Source: an uncultured bacterium
Lineage (GTDB): Bacteria; Planctomycetota; UBA1135; GCA-002686595
DNA length: 64,000 bases
Reading direction: 5' to 3'
Assembly (NCBI GenBank): GCA_943787795.1
Contig: CALSNU010000004.1
Location: forward strand, 128,001 to 192,000
The notes beneath the pieces are model-generated. The model saw only the letters and a list, made by a program, of their open reading frames with translations, was not told where the DNA came from and did not search any database. Position numbers and translations under genes: made by a program. Below are positions 10,706 to 19,664 of this stretch, one piece after another. Every line of letters starts with the position of its first letter. Position 1 is the first letter of the stretch.

Positions 10706-12450
10706 CAGAGTCCCTCCTTCACAGCCACCTGCGCAAAGTCGAGGACGCTGGTCGGCTGGGCCGGGGCCTCCCCCTCGCCGCCGAAGAGCGCCCTGTCCAG
10801 GTCTCGCCTGAGCGCCTCGAAGCGCTGCTCCAGCTCAGCCGAGACCTCGGTGGCTCCCGCGCCGGTGAGGCTCGACCGACCGATCCAGAACTCCGGCGGG
10901 CGACCGCTTCGACGGGAGAGGAAGCGGTCGAGGGACGCGGAGACCTCCTGCGGAGATCGGGCCCCTTGTAGCTCGCGTCGAAGGAGGCCGAGGGCACCGC
11001 GGCGCTGCCGCGCACGGATTCCCGCGGGGTCACCGCGGCGGCGCACCGCCGAGCGGAGCGCCGCCCAACCGAGCACCGCCGCGGCGAGGGCGCCCAGGCC
11101 CAGGAGGCCGCCGGGCCCCGCCCCGTCGCGACCGGTCGCCGGACGTGAGAGGATGTCTCGCATCACCAGGGGGGCCTCTGCCTCGACCGCAGGGCCGAAG
11201 GGGTCCTCGCCAGCACCAGCGGTGGGCGTGACCCTGATTTCCAGGGGCTCGGTCGAGATCGCGGCGAAGCGGCCGGACCCGGTATCAAAGACCGAGAGCG
11301 GAACCCCCGGGACCTCGTCCACAGCGGCGTCGAGCGGGACCAGGTCGTAGGTGACCACGCGCTCGTCCGGGGACTTTCGATCCTCCACCCCGAGCACCCT
11401 GAACTGATCGAACGCCCGCAACCGCGACAGGTCGGGCGGGTCGAAGAACTCCAGGTTGCCCTCCCCGAACCAGCGCACCTCGAGCTCGATCGCGTCGCCG
11501 AGGTCGATGTCACGGCGAGGCACGCTGCGCGCCGCCTCGATCTCGCCCACCGCCCCGCTCCACTCCAGGGGCCGCCCCTCCTCTGGCACTGGAAGCACCT
11601 CGATCTTGAAGGGCTCAACGGGGGCATAGTAGTCCCGGGAGGCCCCACGAGAGAAGACCCCCCCACGCCCCACGAGCTCGGAGAACTTGAACAGCGACCG
11701 TCCGAACTCGACGGTTCCGGGCCGGGTGGCCACGAAGCGTCGGCGGAGCCGGTACACGTCGAAGCGCCGACCTTCACGCTCCACCGGAGGGAGCTTCTCG
11801 ATGGCCGCTGCGCGGCGGCCAGGGCGGATCGGAATCTCATAGGTTCCGGTCTGGGAGACCTCCGACGTGACCTCGATCACCCCCTCCTGGCGCTCCCACC
11901 AGGGGAGCTGCAGCTCGGCATCCGCGAGCTTGCGCGTCACGTCCCACCCGAAGCGCAGCTCCAGGGTGTAGGGCTGCCCCTCATAGACCTGGCCAGGCAC
12001 TTCGGCTCGCTCGAAGAGCAGCAGTTGGCTCGCCTCGATGTCCTTCACGACCTCGAGGGTCATGGCTTGATCGGGCGCCTGAACCGATTGGCCGTCCAGC
12101 TCGATCGCCAGCGGCGGGATCGAGTACTTACCCACGCTGGTGGGCTGGACACGCACCTCGAAGGTGGTCCGCTGCTCCACCACCGGCCGGCCCCGCGCGT
12201 CGTAGCTCACGGACTGCTGCCGCCCGGAGCGCGTGACCTTCGAGAAGCTCAACCCGCTCACGGTGGGGAGCGGTCCGAACCGCACCCGCCGATCGCCCTC
12301 CACGCGGATCACGATCCCGACGGGCTCCCCGAGCTTGACCAGGGCGCTGGAGAGGGAGACCTGCAGGCCCTCCGAAGGGGTCTGCGTTGCACGCGAAGGC
12401 GCCATCAGTGCCGCTGCCAGCGAGAGAATCAGGATCCAACGCATCATCAC
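10705..12450 (-). CDS. BatD family protein
   Basis: Signal peptide, beta-rich repeats, GAVG, GEGNL, C-terminal TM; position in operon. Confidence 0.8.
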   Translation of the reverse strand: MMMRWILILSLAAALMAPSRATQTPSEGLQVSLSSALVKLGEPVGIVIRVEGDRRVRFGPLPTVSGLSFSKVTRSGRQQSVSYDARGRPVVEQRTTFEVRVQPTSVGKYSIPPLAIELDGQSVQAPDQAMTLEVVKDIEASQLLLFERAEVPGQVYEGQPYTLELRFGWDVTRKLADAELQLPWWERQEGVIEVTSEVSQTGTYEIPIRPGRRAAAIEKLPPVEREGRRFDVYRLRRRFVATRPGTVEFGRSLFKFSELVGRGGVFSRGASRDYYAPVEPFKIEVLPVPEEGRPLEWSGAVGEIEAARSVPRRDIDLGDAIELEVRWFGEGNLEFFDPPDLSRLRAFDQFRVLGVEDRKSPDERVVTYDLVPLDAAVDEVPGVPLSVFDTGSGRFAAISTEPLEIRVTPTAGAGEDPFGPAVEAEAPLVMRDILSRPATGRDGAGPGGLLGLGALAAAVLGWAALRSAVRRRGDPAGIRARQRRGALGLLRRELQGARSPQEVSASLDRFLSRRSGRPPEFWIGRSSLTGAGATEVSAELEQRFEALRRDLDRALFGGEGEAPAQPTSVLDFAQVAVKEGL

Positions 12451-13754
12451 CAGTCCCTCCTTGCGGGCACCTTGCGCCCCAGCCGCAGAATGCGCCGGAG
12501 TTCCTCGCCATTCTCCTGGTACTTGCGATTGCGATCGAGGATCCGGCTGCGCTCTTCGGCCGTCATGAGCCGCTCCTCCTCGGGCTCGCCCTCAGGGTCC
12601 GCCCCCTCATCCTCTTCTTCGTCCGGCGACTCGTCCGCGGAGCCTTCCTCTGAATCTTCCTCGGAGTCGTCCTCAGGCTGATCCTCCGGCTCCTGCCCGT
12701 CCTCCTCGGCCTGGTCCTCGGAAGGCTGCTCACTCTCGGACTCCTGGTCCCCCTGCTGCTCCTGGTCCTCTGAATCGGAAGGGTCCTGTTCCTGATCCTC
12801 TGAGTCTTGATCCTCTGAGTTCTCGTTCTCCTGGGACTCCTCCGAGGGGTCACCCTCGTCCTGGGGGTCCTGCTGCTCTTGCTGCTCCTCGCGCTGCCGT
12901 TCGATCTCGTCCAGCTCACGGAGTCGGCGGAGGACGAGCTCGGCGTTCGCCCGGGCGTCTTCGCCAGCGCCCATGCGGAGCCGCTCCACGAAGCCCTCGC
13001 GAGACGCGAGGTAGGCGGCCCTGGCCAGGTCCAACGGGTCCCGGTCGTCCTTGCCGCCTGCGGCGTCCTTGTCGGACGCCGGGGGGGGCGGCGGGCCGCC
13101 GGAGATCTCGGGCAGGGTCTGCCGGATGGCCTCGGCCGTCAGCAGGTCGAGGGTGCCCAGGTCGTAGACGGCGTCGAGGCTTGCACCGCCGCCGGACGCG
13201 CGCGCCCGCTCGAAGGCTGCCACGGCTCGGTCCATGCGTCCCGCAGCATCGTCTGGGCCGCCGTCTGGGCCGCCGTCTGGGCCGCCGCCTGGACCGCCGT
13301 CTGGACCGCCGTCCGGGCCGCCGCCTGACCCCGGCCCTGTGGCGCCCGTTCCCCCAGCGGACTGCGCCGCCGAACCGAGGAGAGCCACGGCGCGCGCGAA
13401 CTGGATCTCACCCCGCTCGGGCGAGGTCAGCACGGGGAGCCCGAGCCCCGAGAGGCTACGGTCAAGGGGAGCCAGGAGGTCCTCCGAGGCGCCAGCGGTG
13501 ATCTCGGCCGCCCGGGCCCGCAGGGCCGCGAGGGCGCCGGCGCGGTCCATTCGATCTGCGACCAAGAGGGCCTCGTCGAACTGTCCCTCGGCCGCGAGAT
13601 CTTCCATGGCGGCGAGCCCCTCCGCGAGGGTCCCACGCCAGGGCTCCAGGTCGGAATCTGCACCGCCCGGGCAGCCCACCAGGGGCAGCGTGCAGGCCAA
13701 CATGAGCGTCGCGCCGAAGGGCGCTCGACCGGTAGTTTGCTGACGGTTCTTCAT
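12447..13754 (-). CDS. BatC-like TPR protein with acidic Q/E/D linker
   Basis: YDLG, DARANAEL, long E/Q/D tract, C-terminal RDW; LVGC lipobox-like; ATG overlaps the batB-like stop. Confidence 0.72.
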   Translation of the reverse strand: MKNRQQTTGRAPFGATLMLACTLPLVGCPGGADSDLEPWRGTLAEGLAAMEDLAAEGQFDEALLVADRMDRAGALAALRARAAEITAGASEDLLAPLDRSLSGLGLPVLTSPERGEIQFARAVALLGSAAQSAGGTGATGPGSGGGPDGGPDGGPGGGPDGGPDGGPDDAAGRMDRAVAAFERARASGGGASLDAVYDLGTLDLLTAEAIRQTLPEISGGPPPPPASDKDAAGGKDDRDPLDLARAAYLASREGFVERLRMGAGEDARANAELVLRRLRELDEIERQREEQQEQQDPQDEGDPSEESQENENSEDQDSEDQEQDPSDSEDQEQQGDQESESEQPSEDQAEEDGQEPEDQPEDDSEEDSEEGSADESPDEEEDEGADPEGEPEEERLMTAEERSRILDRNRKYQENGEELRRILRLGRKVPARRDW

Positions 13755-14887
13755 GACTGTTCTTCCCCGGCTGGACCGGTCTGCGGCGCGGGGGCACCGC
13801 CGGACGAGGCGCTCTCGGCCGGACCTCTCTTCGACAGGCCCGCGGCGCGGCCGCGCCGCGCGTCCAGCGCCGCGCCCTCCAGAACGAGGAGCGCCAGCCC
13901 GAGGACCAGAGGCCACTGGTAGCGGTCACGAGGGACCCGCTCCTTGCCATCGACGATATCCCGGCCTTCCATGGTGGCGATGGCCCGGCGGTGCAGCTCC
14001 TCCAGGGGCAGCACCCTCCCTCGCGCCTCGAGGTAGATGCCGCCAGTGGCATCTGCGATCGCCCGCAGGGACTCGGACCGAAGCTGTGAGACCACCTCAC
14101 CCCCTCCGGTGGTCGCGTCAGGATCCACCACGAAGCCGCCCTCGCCATCGGGGACCTTGCCCCCGCCGGCGGTCCCCATGCCGAGCACGTGCACGCGCAC
14201 TCCGCGGTCCCGCGCGACCTCGGCCGCCGCCAACCCCTCACCCGTGAGGTCCTCCCCGTCCGTCACCAGGATGATGGCCTCGCTCGACCCGCTCTCGCCG
14301 TCGAAGCGCTCGAGCGCGAGCTTGAGCGCGGCTCCCAGGTCCGTGCCACCGCGCCGGTTGTCCTCGGGGGAGAGCCCATCGAGGAAGTAGCGCACCGTGT
14401 TCAGATCGGCGGTTAGCGGCGCGACGTCGCGCGCGCTCCCCGCGAAGGCGACCAGGGAGACGCGCTCCCCGGTCATGGCGTCGAGCAGCGCCCCGATCTC
14501 GACCTTCGCACGCTCGAGGCGACTGGGCTCCACGTCCTCGACCAGCATCGAGCGCGAGGTGTCGAGGGCCACGACCACGTCGATCCGTCGCTGCTCCACG
14601 GGGACCAGCGCGAACCCTCGGGTCGGACCCATCCAGGCGAGGCCCACGAGCGCCATCCCCGTCGCCACGAGGCCCGCCCGGGACCATGCTCGGCGGCGGA
14701 TCCACCCCAGCGCGTCGTCCCCCGCCCCGACGAGGCCGGGGAAGACCCGGCGCAGGTGCCGGGGCTCGGCCACGAGGCGCAGCGCGCGGATCCGGCCCGG
14801 CAACTCCCAGAGGCAGAGCGCCAGCGGGACGAGCCCCGCTGCCAGCACCGCGGCGAGCTCAGGGCGCAGGATCTCGAAGCCCATCAC
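13751..14887 (-). CDS. BatB-like VWA domain protein
   Basis: MIDAS DTSRSM, PSRLERAK, GTDLG, VTDGED. Confidence 0.88.
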   Translation of the reverse strand: MMGFEILRPELAAVLAAGLVPLALCLWELPGRIRALRLVAEPRHLRRVFPGLVGAGDDALGWIRRRAWSRAGLVATGMALVGLAWMGPTRGFALVPVEQRRIDVVVALDTSRSMLVEDVEPSRLERAKVEIGALLDAMTGERVSLVAFAGSARDVAPLTADLNTVRYFLDGLSPEDNRRGGTDLGAALKLALERFDGESGSSEAIILVTDGEDLTGEGLAAAEVARDRGVRVHVLGMGTAGGGKVPDGEGGFVVDPDATTGGGEVVSQLRSESLRAIADATGGIYLEARGRVLPLEELHRRAIATMEGRDIVDGKERVPRDRYQWPLVLGLALLVLEGAALDARRGRAAGLSKRGPAESASSGGAPAPQTGPAGEEQS

Positions 14888-15933
14888 GGGACCCTCCGGG
14901 CGACGGTGGCCCCGGCGATCGACGCCAGCAGCAGCAGCGCGAGCGCGGGCCCCAGGAGGAGCGGGTAGAGGTCGTAGCGCTCGGCGAATCGCTCCTCCGA
15001 GCGCGGCGTCCGCTCCAGCTCCTCGATGGCCGCGTAGGCCGCTTCGAGCTCCTCGCGATTCTCGGCGTGGAAGAACAGCCCCCCGGTCAGCTCGGCGATC
15101 CTGGGGAGTTCGCCCACGTCAGCCTGGACCCGCCGCGCCCCTCCGAAGGGCATCTGGACCAGCTGAACCCGAGGTCCTGCGTAGACGGTGTAGACACGAA
15201 TCCCGAGCTCGGACGCCACCTCCGCGGCCTCCATCGGCTCGATGACGTGGATCGTCTCCTCGCCATCGGTGAGGAGCACCGCCACCCGCGAGCGAGCCTC
15301 ACTCTGGCTCAAGACCTCGCATGCCTGAGCCAGGGCGCTCCCGATGGCCGTGCCGTCGAGGCGCTGCTCGGTCTCGATGTCAGTCTCATCCAGCACAGCC
15401 GTCAGCGCATCCACGTCGAGGGTGAACGGGACCAGCAGGTCCGCGAAGCCCGCGAAGCCAAAGAGCCCGACGCTGTCGCGCGCGCCCTCCTCGTCGGTCA
15501 TCCGCCGCCGAGCAAAGTCCGCGATGACCTCGGTGACGATGTCGAAGCGACGCGGCGCCCCCGGGCGTGCTCGCTGATCCATCGAGCTCGAGCGGTCGAG
15601 CAGCAGCGCGATGTCAATGCCCTCGGTCTCGCGCGCCATGGACACTCGCCCCTCGAGCGGCCGGCTGAGCGCGACAGCCAGCAGCGAGACCGCGGCGATC
15701 CGGAGAGCGGTGGGGAGCCAGGCGAGGCTCCCACGGGTCCCCCCAGGCGCAGGCCCCAGGGCGGGTACGTGGGCGCCGACCTGGCGCCTGGCCTCGCGGC
15801 CACGCCAGAGGAGGAACGCCGCGACCGGGATGATCACGAGGAACCAGGGATCGGCGAAGGTGACCCCCCCGATCTCGAGGCGCCCAGTCGCTGTGCTGCG
15901 GGTGGCCTCCTGCAGGGCGAGCACGGGGATCAT
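14884..15933 (-). CDS. BatA-like VWA domain protein
   Basis: FADPWFL N-terminus, GIDIALLLDRSSSM, GTAIGSAL, LLTDGE. Confidence 0.9.
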   Translation of the reverse strand: MIPVLALQEATRSTATGRLEIGGVTFADPWFLVIIPVAAFLLWRGREARRQVGAHVPALGPAPGGTRGSLAWLPTALRIAAVSLLAVALSRPLEGRVSMARETEGIDIALLLDRSSSMDQRARPGAPRRFDIVTEVIADFARRRMTDEEGARDSVGLFGFAGFADLLVPFTLDVDALTAVLDETDIETEQRLDGTAIGSALAQACEVLSQSEARSRVAVLLTDGEETIHVIEPMEAAEVASELGIRVYTVYAGPRVQLVQMPFGGARRVQADVGELPRIAELTGGLFFHAENREELEAAYAAIEELERTPRSEERFAERYDLYPLLLGPALALLLLASIAGATVARRVP

Positions 15934-16832
15934 GCTGTGCCTCCGGCCTTCTCGGAACCGGCGCCGCCCAGGGCGCGGATGTGATCCACCGCCTGCCCCA
16001 CGGCCTCGCGGGCCGCGAACGAGCTCGGCTGGGCGCCTCCGAAGCGGACCCGGCCAAGCTCCTCGATCAGCGCCGTGAGCTCTGCGCTCTGCTCAGGTGA
16101 GACCCCGGGCGCGCCTTCGAGCGAAGCCGCCCACTCGCCATCTGTGAGGCTCGCGAGGTCCTCGCCCCTCGCCTCGTCCACGGCACGGCGGAGGAGTGGC
16201 CCCAGCGCTCCCATGGCCGCCGCCGGGTCAGCGCCAGGATCGAGGGCCTCGATCCGTTCTATCAGGCGGGGCTCGCGGTCCACCGGAGCCTCCGCGACGC
16301 TCCGGCCGCGGCGAACGCGAGCTGCCAGGGGAAAGCCAGCCGCGAGCAGCAGCAGGGCCGCCGCCACGAGGACGAGGTCGGCGTCCCCTCCCTCCGGCTC
16401 CTCGACATCCCGGAAGCCCACGAGCGGCCGCGGCGCGTCCTCGGCCTCGCTCAACGCCCCCGCGAGTTCGATGCGCGCGGGCGCAGCGGCAATGGGCTCT
16501 TCATCCCCGATCTGAAACCGGACCTCCGGCGTCTCGAGCTCGCCAGCCTCCAGGCCCATCAGCTGCCAGCGCAGCACGAGGCCAGGACGGGACGCCGCCG
16601 CGAGGTCACTATCGACCACCGGCGTCGGGCCCCCGAGGATCACCCACTCCGGTCCAAGATCGGGGGGCCCCGCGAGGACGGCGTCCCTGGAATCACGACC
16701 GCTCAGGCTGACCGTCCACTCCAGGGGCTGCCCCGTGGCCGCGGAGGCTCCAGGAGCGGGCTCGAGCCTCGTGGAGACCTCCAGGGCCTGGGCGAAGCCG
16801 CAGAGGACGGTGGACAGGACGAGGGTGATCAT
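15930..16832 (-). CDS. Bat-operon membrane protein (hypothetical)
   Basis: Signal peptide plus central TM; overlaps both neighbours by 4 nt; usual slot between DUF58 and batA. Confidence 0.7.
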   Translation of the reverse strand: MITLVLSTVLCGFAQALEVSTRLEPAPGASAATGQPLEWTVSLSGRDSRDAVLAGPPDLGPEWVILGGPTPVVDSDLAAASRPGLVLRWQLMGLEAGELETPEVRFQIGDEEPIAAAPARIELAGALSEAEDAPRPLVGFRDVEEPEGGDADLVLVAAALLLLAAGFPLAARVRRGRSVAEAPVDREPRLIERIEALDPGADPAAAMGALGPLLRRAVDEARGEDLASLTDGEWAASLEGAPGVSPEQSAELTALIEELGRVRFGGAQPSSFAAREAVGQAVDHIRALGGAGSEKAGGTA

Positions 16833-17821
16833 GCTCCGCCACCGCTCCTGCGCGGCCCCCGCGCCTGAGCTCGCCTACGGAAGAAACGCACCAGCGGCGC
16901 CGCGAAATCGCCGTCCGTTCGGACGTCAATCCACTCGGCGCGGGCCCGTCGGAAGGCAGCCCCCAGGGCATCGCGGCGCGCCCTGGCGTGCTGGCTCCAC
17001 GCCTCGCGCTCCACTGCCCGGCGACCGTCGACCTCCGCGACCTCGCCATCCTCCATGCGCACGAGGCGCAGCAGGCCAGTCGCCGGGAGCTCCTCCTCCA
17101 GTCGATCCACGAGGCGAACGCAGATAACGTCGTGCGTCCGAGAGAGCCTCGCCAGGGTCTCGACCCACTCCTTACTGCCGCCCTCGTTGCCGTCGAGATC
17201 CACGCTGGAGAAGTCGCTAAGCACGAAGACCATGGCGCGCCGCCGCAGGGTCGACTCCTGCGCCTTCAGCACCGCGTGGAGGCTCGAGTGACCCGGCGTC
17301 ACCGGCGCCGCTTGGATCTCCCGCACGAGGCGGAGAATGTGCCGCGACTGGCGCCCTGGCCCGAGGTGAGCCCCCGGCTCCGCTCCGAACAGCGTCAGGC
17401 CCACCCGGTCCTGGTGCCGGACCGCGACGAAGGCGATGAGCGCTGCCAGCTGAGCCGCGGCGTCGCGCTTGGTCTCCCCGAAGGTCGCGAAGTCCATGGG
17501 GAGCGCCGTGTCCACGAGCAGGTGGAGGGTGAGCTGGCGCTCCTCGCGGTAGGACTTCACGAAGGGCTCACCCGTGCGAGCCGTCACGTTCCAGTCGATC
17601 GCGCGGACCTCGTCGCCCGGTTGATACGGGCGCACCTCCTCGAACTCCACGCCCTGTCCCCGGAAGGTGCTGCGGTACCCTCCCGCGAGGGCCGTGTTCA
17701 TCAGCCGATGCGTCCGGATCTGAATCTGCCGCACCCGCGCCATCAGCGCGGGGGACAACAGGGGCGCGCCTCCGACCTCGTCAGCGCCGCCGCTCGCCGT
17801 ACTTCCCGTGAGCCAGCCCAA
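16829..17821 (-). CDS. DUF58 domain protein
   Basis: GYRSTFRGQGVEFEEVRPYQPGDEVRAIDWNVTAR, REERQL. Confidence 0.93.
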   Translation of the reverse strand: MGWLTGSTASGGADEVGGAPLLSPALMARVRQIQIRTHRLMNTALAGGYRSTFRGQGVEFEEVRPYQPGDEVRAIDWNVTARTGEPFVKSYREERQLTLHLLVDTALPMDFATFGETKRDAAAQLAALIAFVAVRHQDRVGLTLFGAEPGAHLGPGRQSRHILRLVREIQAAPVTPGHSSLHAVLKAQESTLRRRAMVFVLSDFSSVDLDGNEGGSKEWVETLARLSRTHDVICVRLVDRLEEELPATGLLRLVRMEDGEVAEVDGRRAVEREAWSQHARARRDALGAAFRRARAEWIDVRTDGDFAAPLVRFFRRRAQARGPRRSGGGA

Positions 17822-17831
17822 GCCTCAATCC

Positions 17832-18839
17832 CTAGCGGTCGAGCGGGACGCGCTCGAGCACCCTGGTCACGATCTCGTCCGTGGAAATCCCCTCCGCCTC
17901 GGCCTCGTATGTCGGCAGGATCCGGTGGCGGAGCACCTCGTGCGCGACGGCCTTGACGTCCTCGGGGGTTCCGTACGCGCGCCCGGCCATGAAGGCCGAG
18001 GCGCGCGTCATGAGCGCGAGCCAGATGGAAGCTCGGGGCGAGCCGCCGCACTGAATCAGGGGCTCCAGCTCGGCCATCTTGTGGGCGGCCGGGGCCCGTG
18101 TGGCCTCGACGATCGACACGATGTAAGAGGCCAGCGCCGGAGCGATGGAGACCTGGTCCACGAGCTTGCGGGACGCGAGGATGTCGTCCGTAGAGACCAC
18201 CTCGGACACCGGTTCGGGCGGCGAGGTGCGCGCCATCATGTCGAGGATCTCAAGCTCCTCCTCGCGGCTGGGATACTCGAGGTGGACCTTCAGCGCAAAG
18301 CGGTCCAGCTGAGCCTCGGGGAGCGGGTAGGTCCCCTCCTGCTCGAGGGGGTTCTGGGTGGCGAGCACGAGGAACGGTCGCGGCAGCTCGAAGGTCTGGC
18401 CGCCGATGGAGACGGTGCGCTCCTGCATGCCCTCGAGCAGCGCGGACTGCACCTTGGCCGGCGCGCGGTTGATCTCGTCAGCCAGGACGAAGTTGGCGAA
18501 GATGGGCCCCTTTCGGACGGTGAAGTTCCCGTCCTTGACGCTGTAGATCTCCGTGCCGACGAGGTCCGACGGCAGGAGGTCCGGCGTGAACTGGAGCCTG
18601 GCGAAGGAGCCCTTGACGCCCTTCGCCATGGCCGCCACAGCGAGGGACTTGGCGAGGCCGGGGACCCCCTCGAGGAGGATGTGGCCGCCCGCGAGCAGCC
18701 CAAGGACGAGGCTCCGGGTGAGCTTCTTCTGGCCCACCAGCACCGCGCCCATCGCCCCGGTCAGCTCCGTGGTCCAGGCGCTCGTGCGCTCGATCTGAGC
18801 TTCGATGGCAGAGTTCGAAGAGAGGTTCGTGTCGGTCAC
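17832..18839 (-). CDS. moxR: MoxR family AAA+ ATPase
   Basis: EGVPGLAKS, QFTPDLLPSD, LADEINRAPAKVQSALLE, ATQNPLEQEGTYPLPEAQLDRF. Confidence 0.95.
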   Translation of the reverse strand: MTDTNLSSNSAIEAQIERTSAWTTELTGAMGAVLVGQKKLTRSLVLGLLAGGHILLEGVPGLAKSLAVAAMAKGVKGSFARLQFTPDLLPSDLVGTEIYSVKDGNFTVRKGPIFANFVLADEINRAPAKVQSALLEGMQERTVSIGGQTFELPRPFLVLATQNPLEQEGTYPLPEAQLDRFALKVHLEYPSREEELEILDMMARTSPPEPVSEVVSTDDILASRKLVDQVSIAPALASYIVSIVEATRAPAAHKMAELEPLIQCGGSPRASIWLALMTRASAFMAGRAYGTPEDVKAVAHEVLRHRILPTYEAEAEGISTDEIVTRVLERVPLDR

Positions 18840-18967
18840 GGCTGCAAGGTTGGGTCAGTGGGGCGAGCGGGCCCCGCGGGGGCGGCGGCCCCGGGCGGCG
18901 TCGCTATGCGGCGGCTCATGCTACGGAATCAATCGGCCCGTGTTAGCGGCTCCGTGTCTGGTCCGCG

Positions 18968-19636
18968 TCAAAGGGTGCCCCGCTCCTCGAGTGCCTCCTG
19001 AGCCAGCAGCACCTCCCGCGCGTAGGCGAGCGCGCCGGTGGTCGAACGGCCCTCCCCCCGCGCGTCCTCCTCGGACTTCACCCAGGCCTCGTACGTACCG
19101 TGGTCCTCGATCCAGCCAAAGAGCCGCGCCCGCCCGGCGTTGTAGGAGACAAGAACCGCCTCAAGCGTCCACTCTCCCTGGTGATCCAGGAGCCAGCGCA
19201 GGTGCGCCGCGCCGAGACGGATGTTCAGCTCCTCATCCTCGAGCAGCGCCCGCTCGAGGGCCGCAGGGTCCTCCGACAGCGTCACATCCAGCCGGCGGGC
19301 TGCGTCCCGTGCGGCGGCGGGCATGAGCTGGAGTAGACCCAGCGCACCCGCGGTGGACTTCTGGCCACTCCGGCCCCGGCTCTCGGAGAACATCAGCGCC
19401 CCGAGGAGCAGCGGCGGCACACCCGACTCGGCGGACGCCGCGCGGATCGAAGCGGAGCGCGCCTCGACGTTGTCCAGCCCGCGCTCGTCGTTGATCTCCC
19501 TGAGCGGGCCAAGGAGGCGCTCGAACGAATCCGGCACATGCCCCCCATGAACCACTCGCAGAGCGCCAGCGGCCACGGGCACGCCGACCACGGCGATCAA
19601 GATGAACAGCCCACCGAGGATGGCGTCTCGATTCAT
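18968..19636 (-). CDS. Lytic transglycosylase (SLT domain)
   Basis: N-terminal TM; catalytic ES, S.AGALGLLQLMP, NIRLG, SYNAG. Confidence 0.9.
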   Translation of the reverse strand: MNRDAILGGLFILIAVVGVPVAAGALRVVHGGHVPDSFERLLGPLREINDERGLDNVEARSASIRAASAESGVPPLLLGALMFSESRGRSGQKSTAGALGLLQLMPAAARDAARRLDVTLSEDPAALERALLEDEELNIRLGAAHLRWLLDHQGEWTLEAVLVSYNAGRARLFGWIEDHGTYEAWVKSEEDARGEGRSTTGALAYAREVLLAQEALEERGTL

Positions 19637-19664
19637 CCCGGGGAGGTCCGCGTCGCCGCGTCCC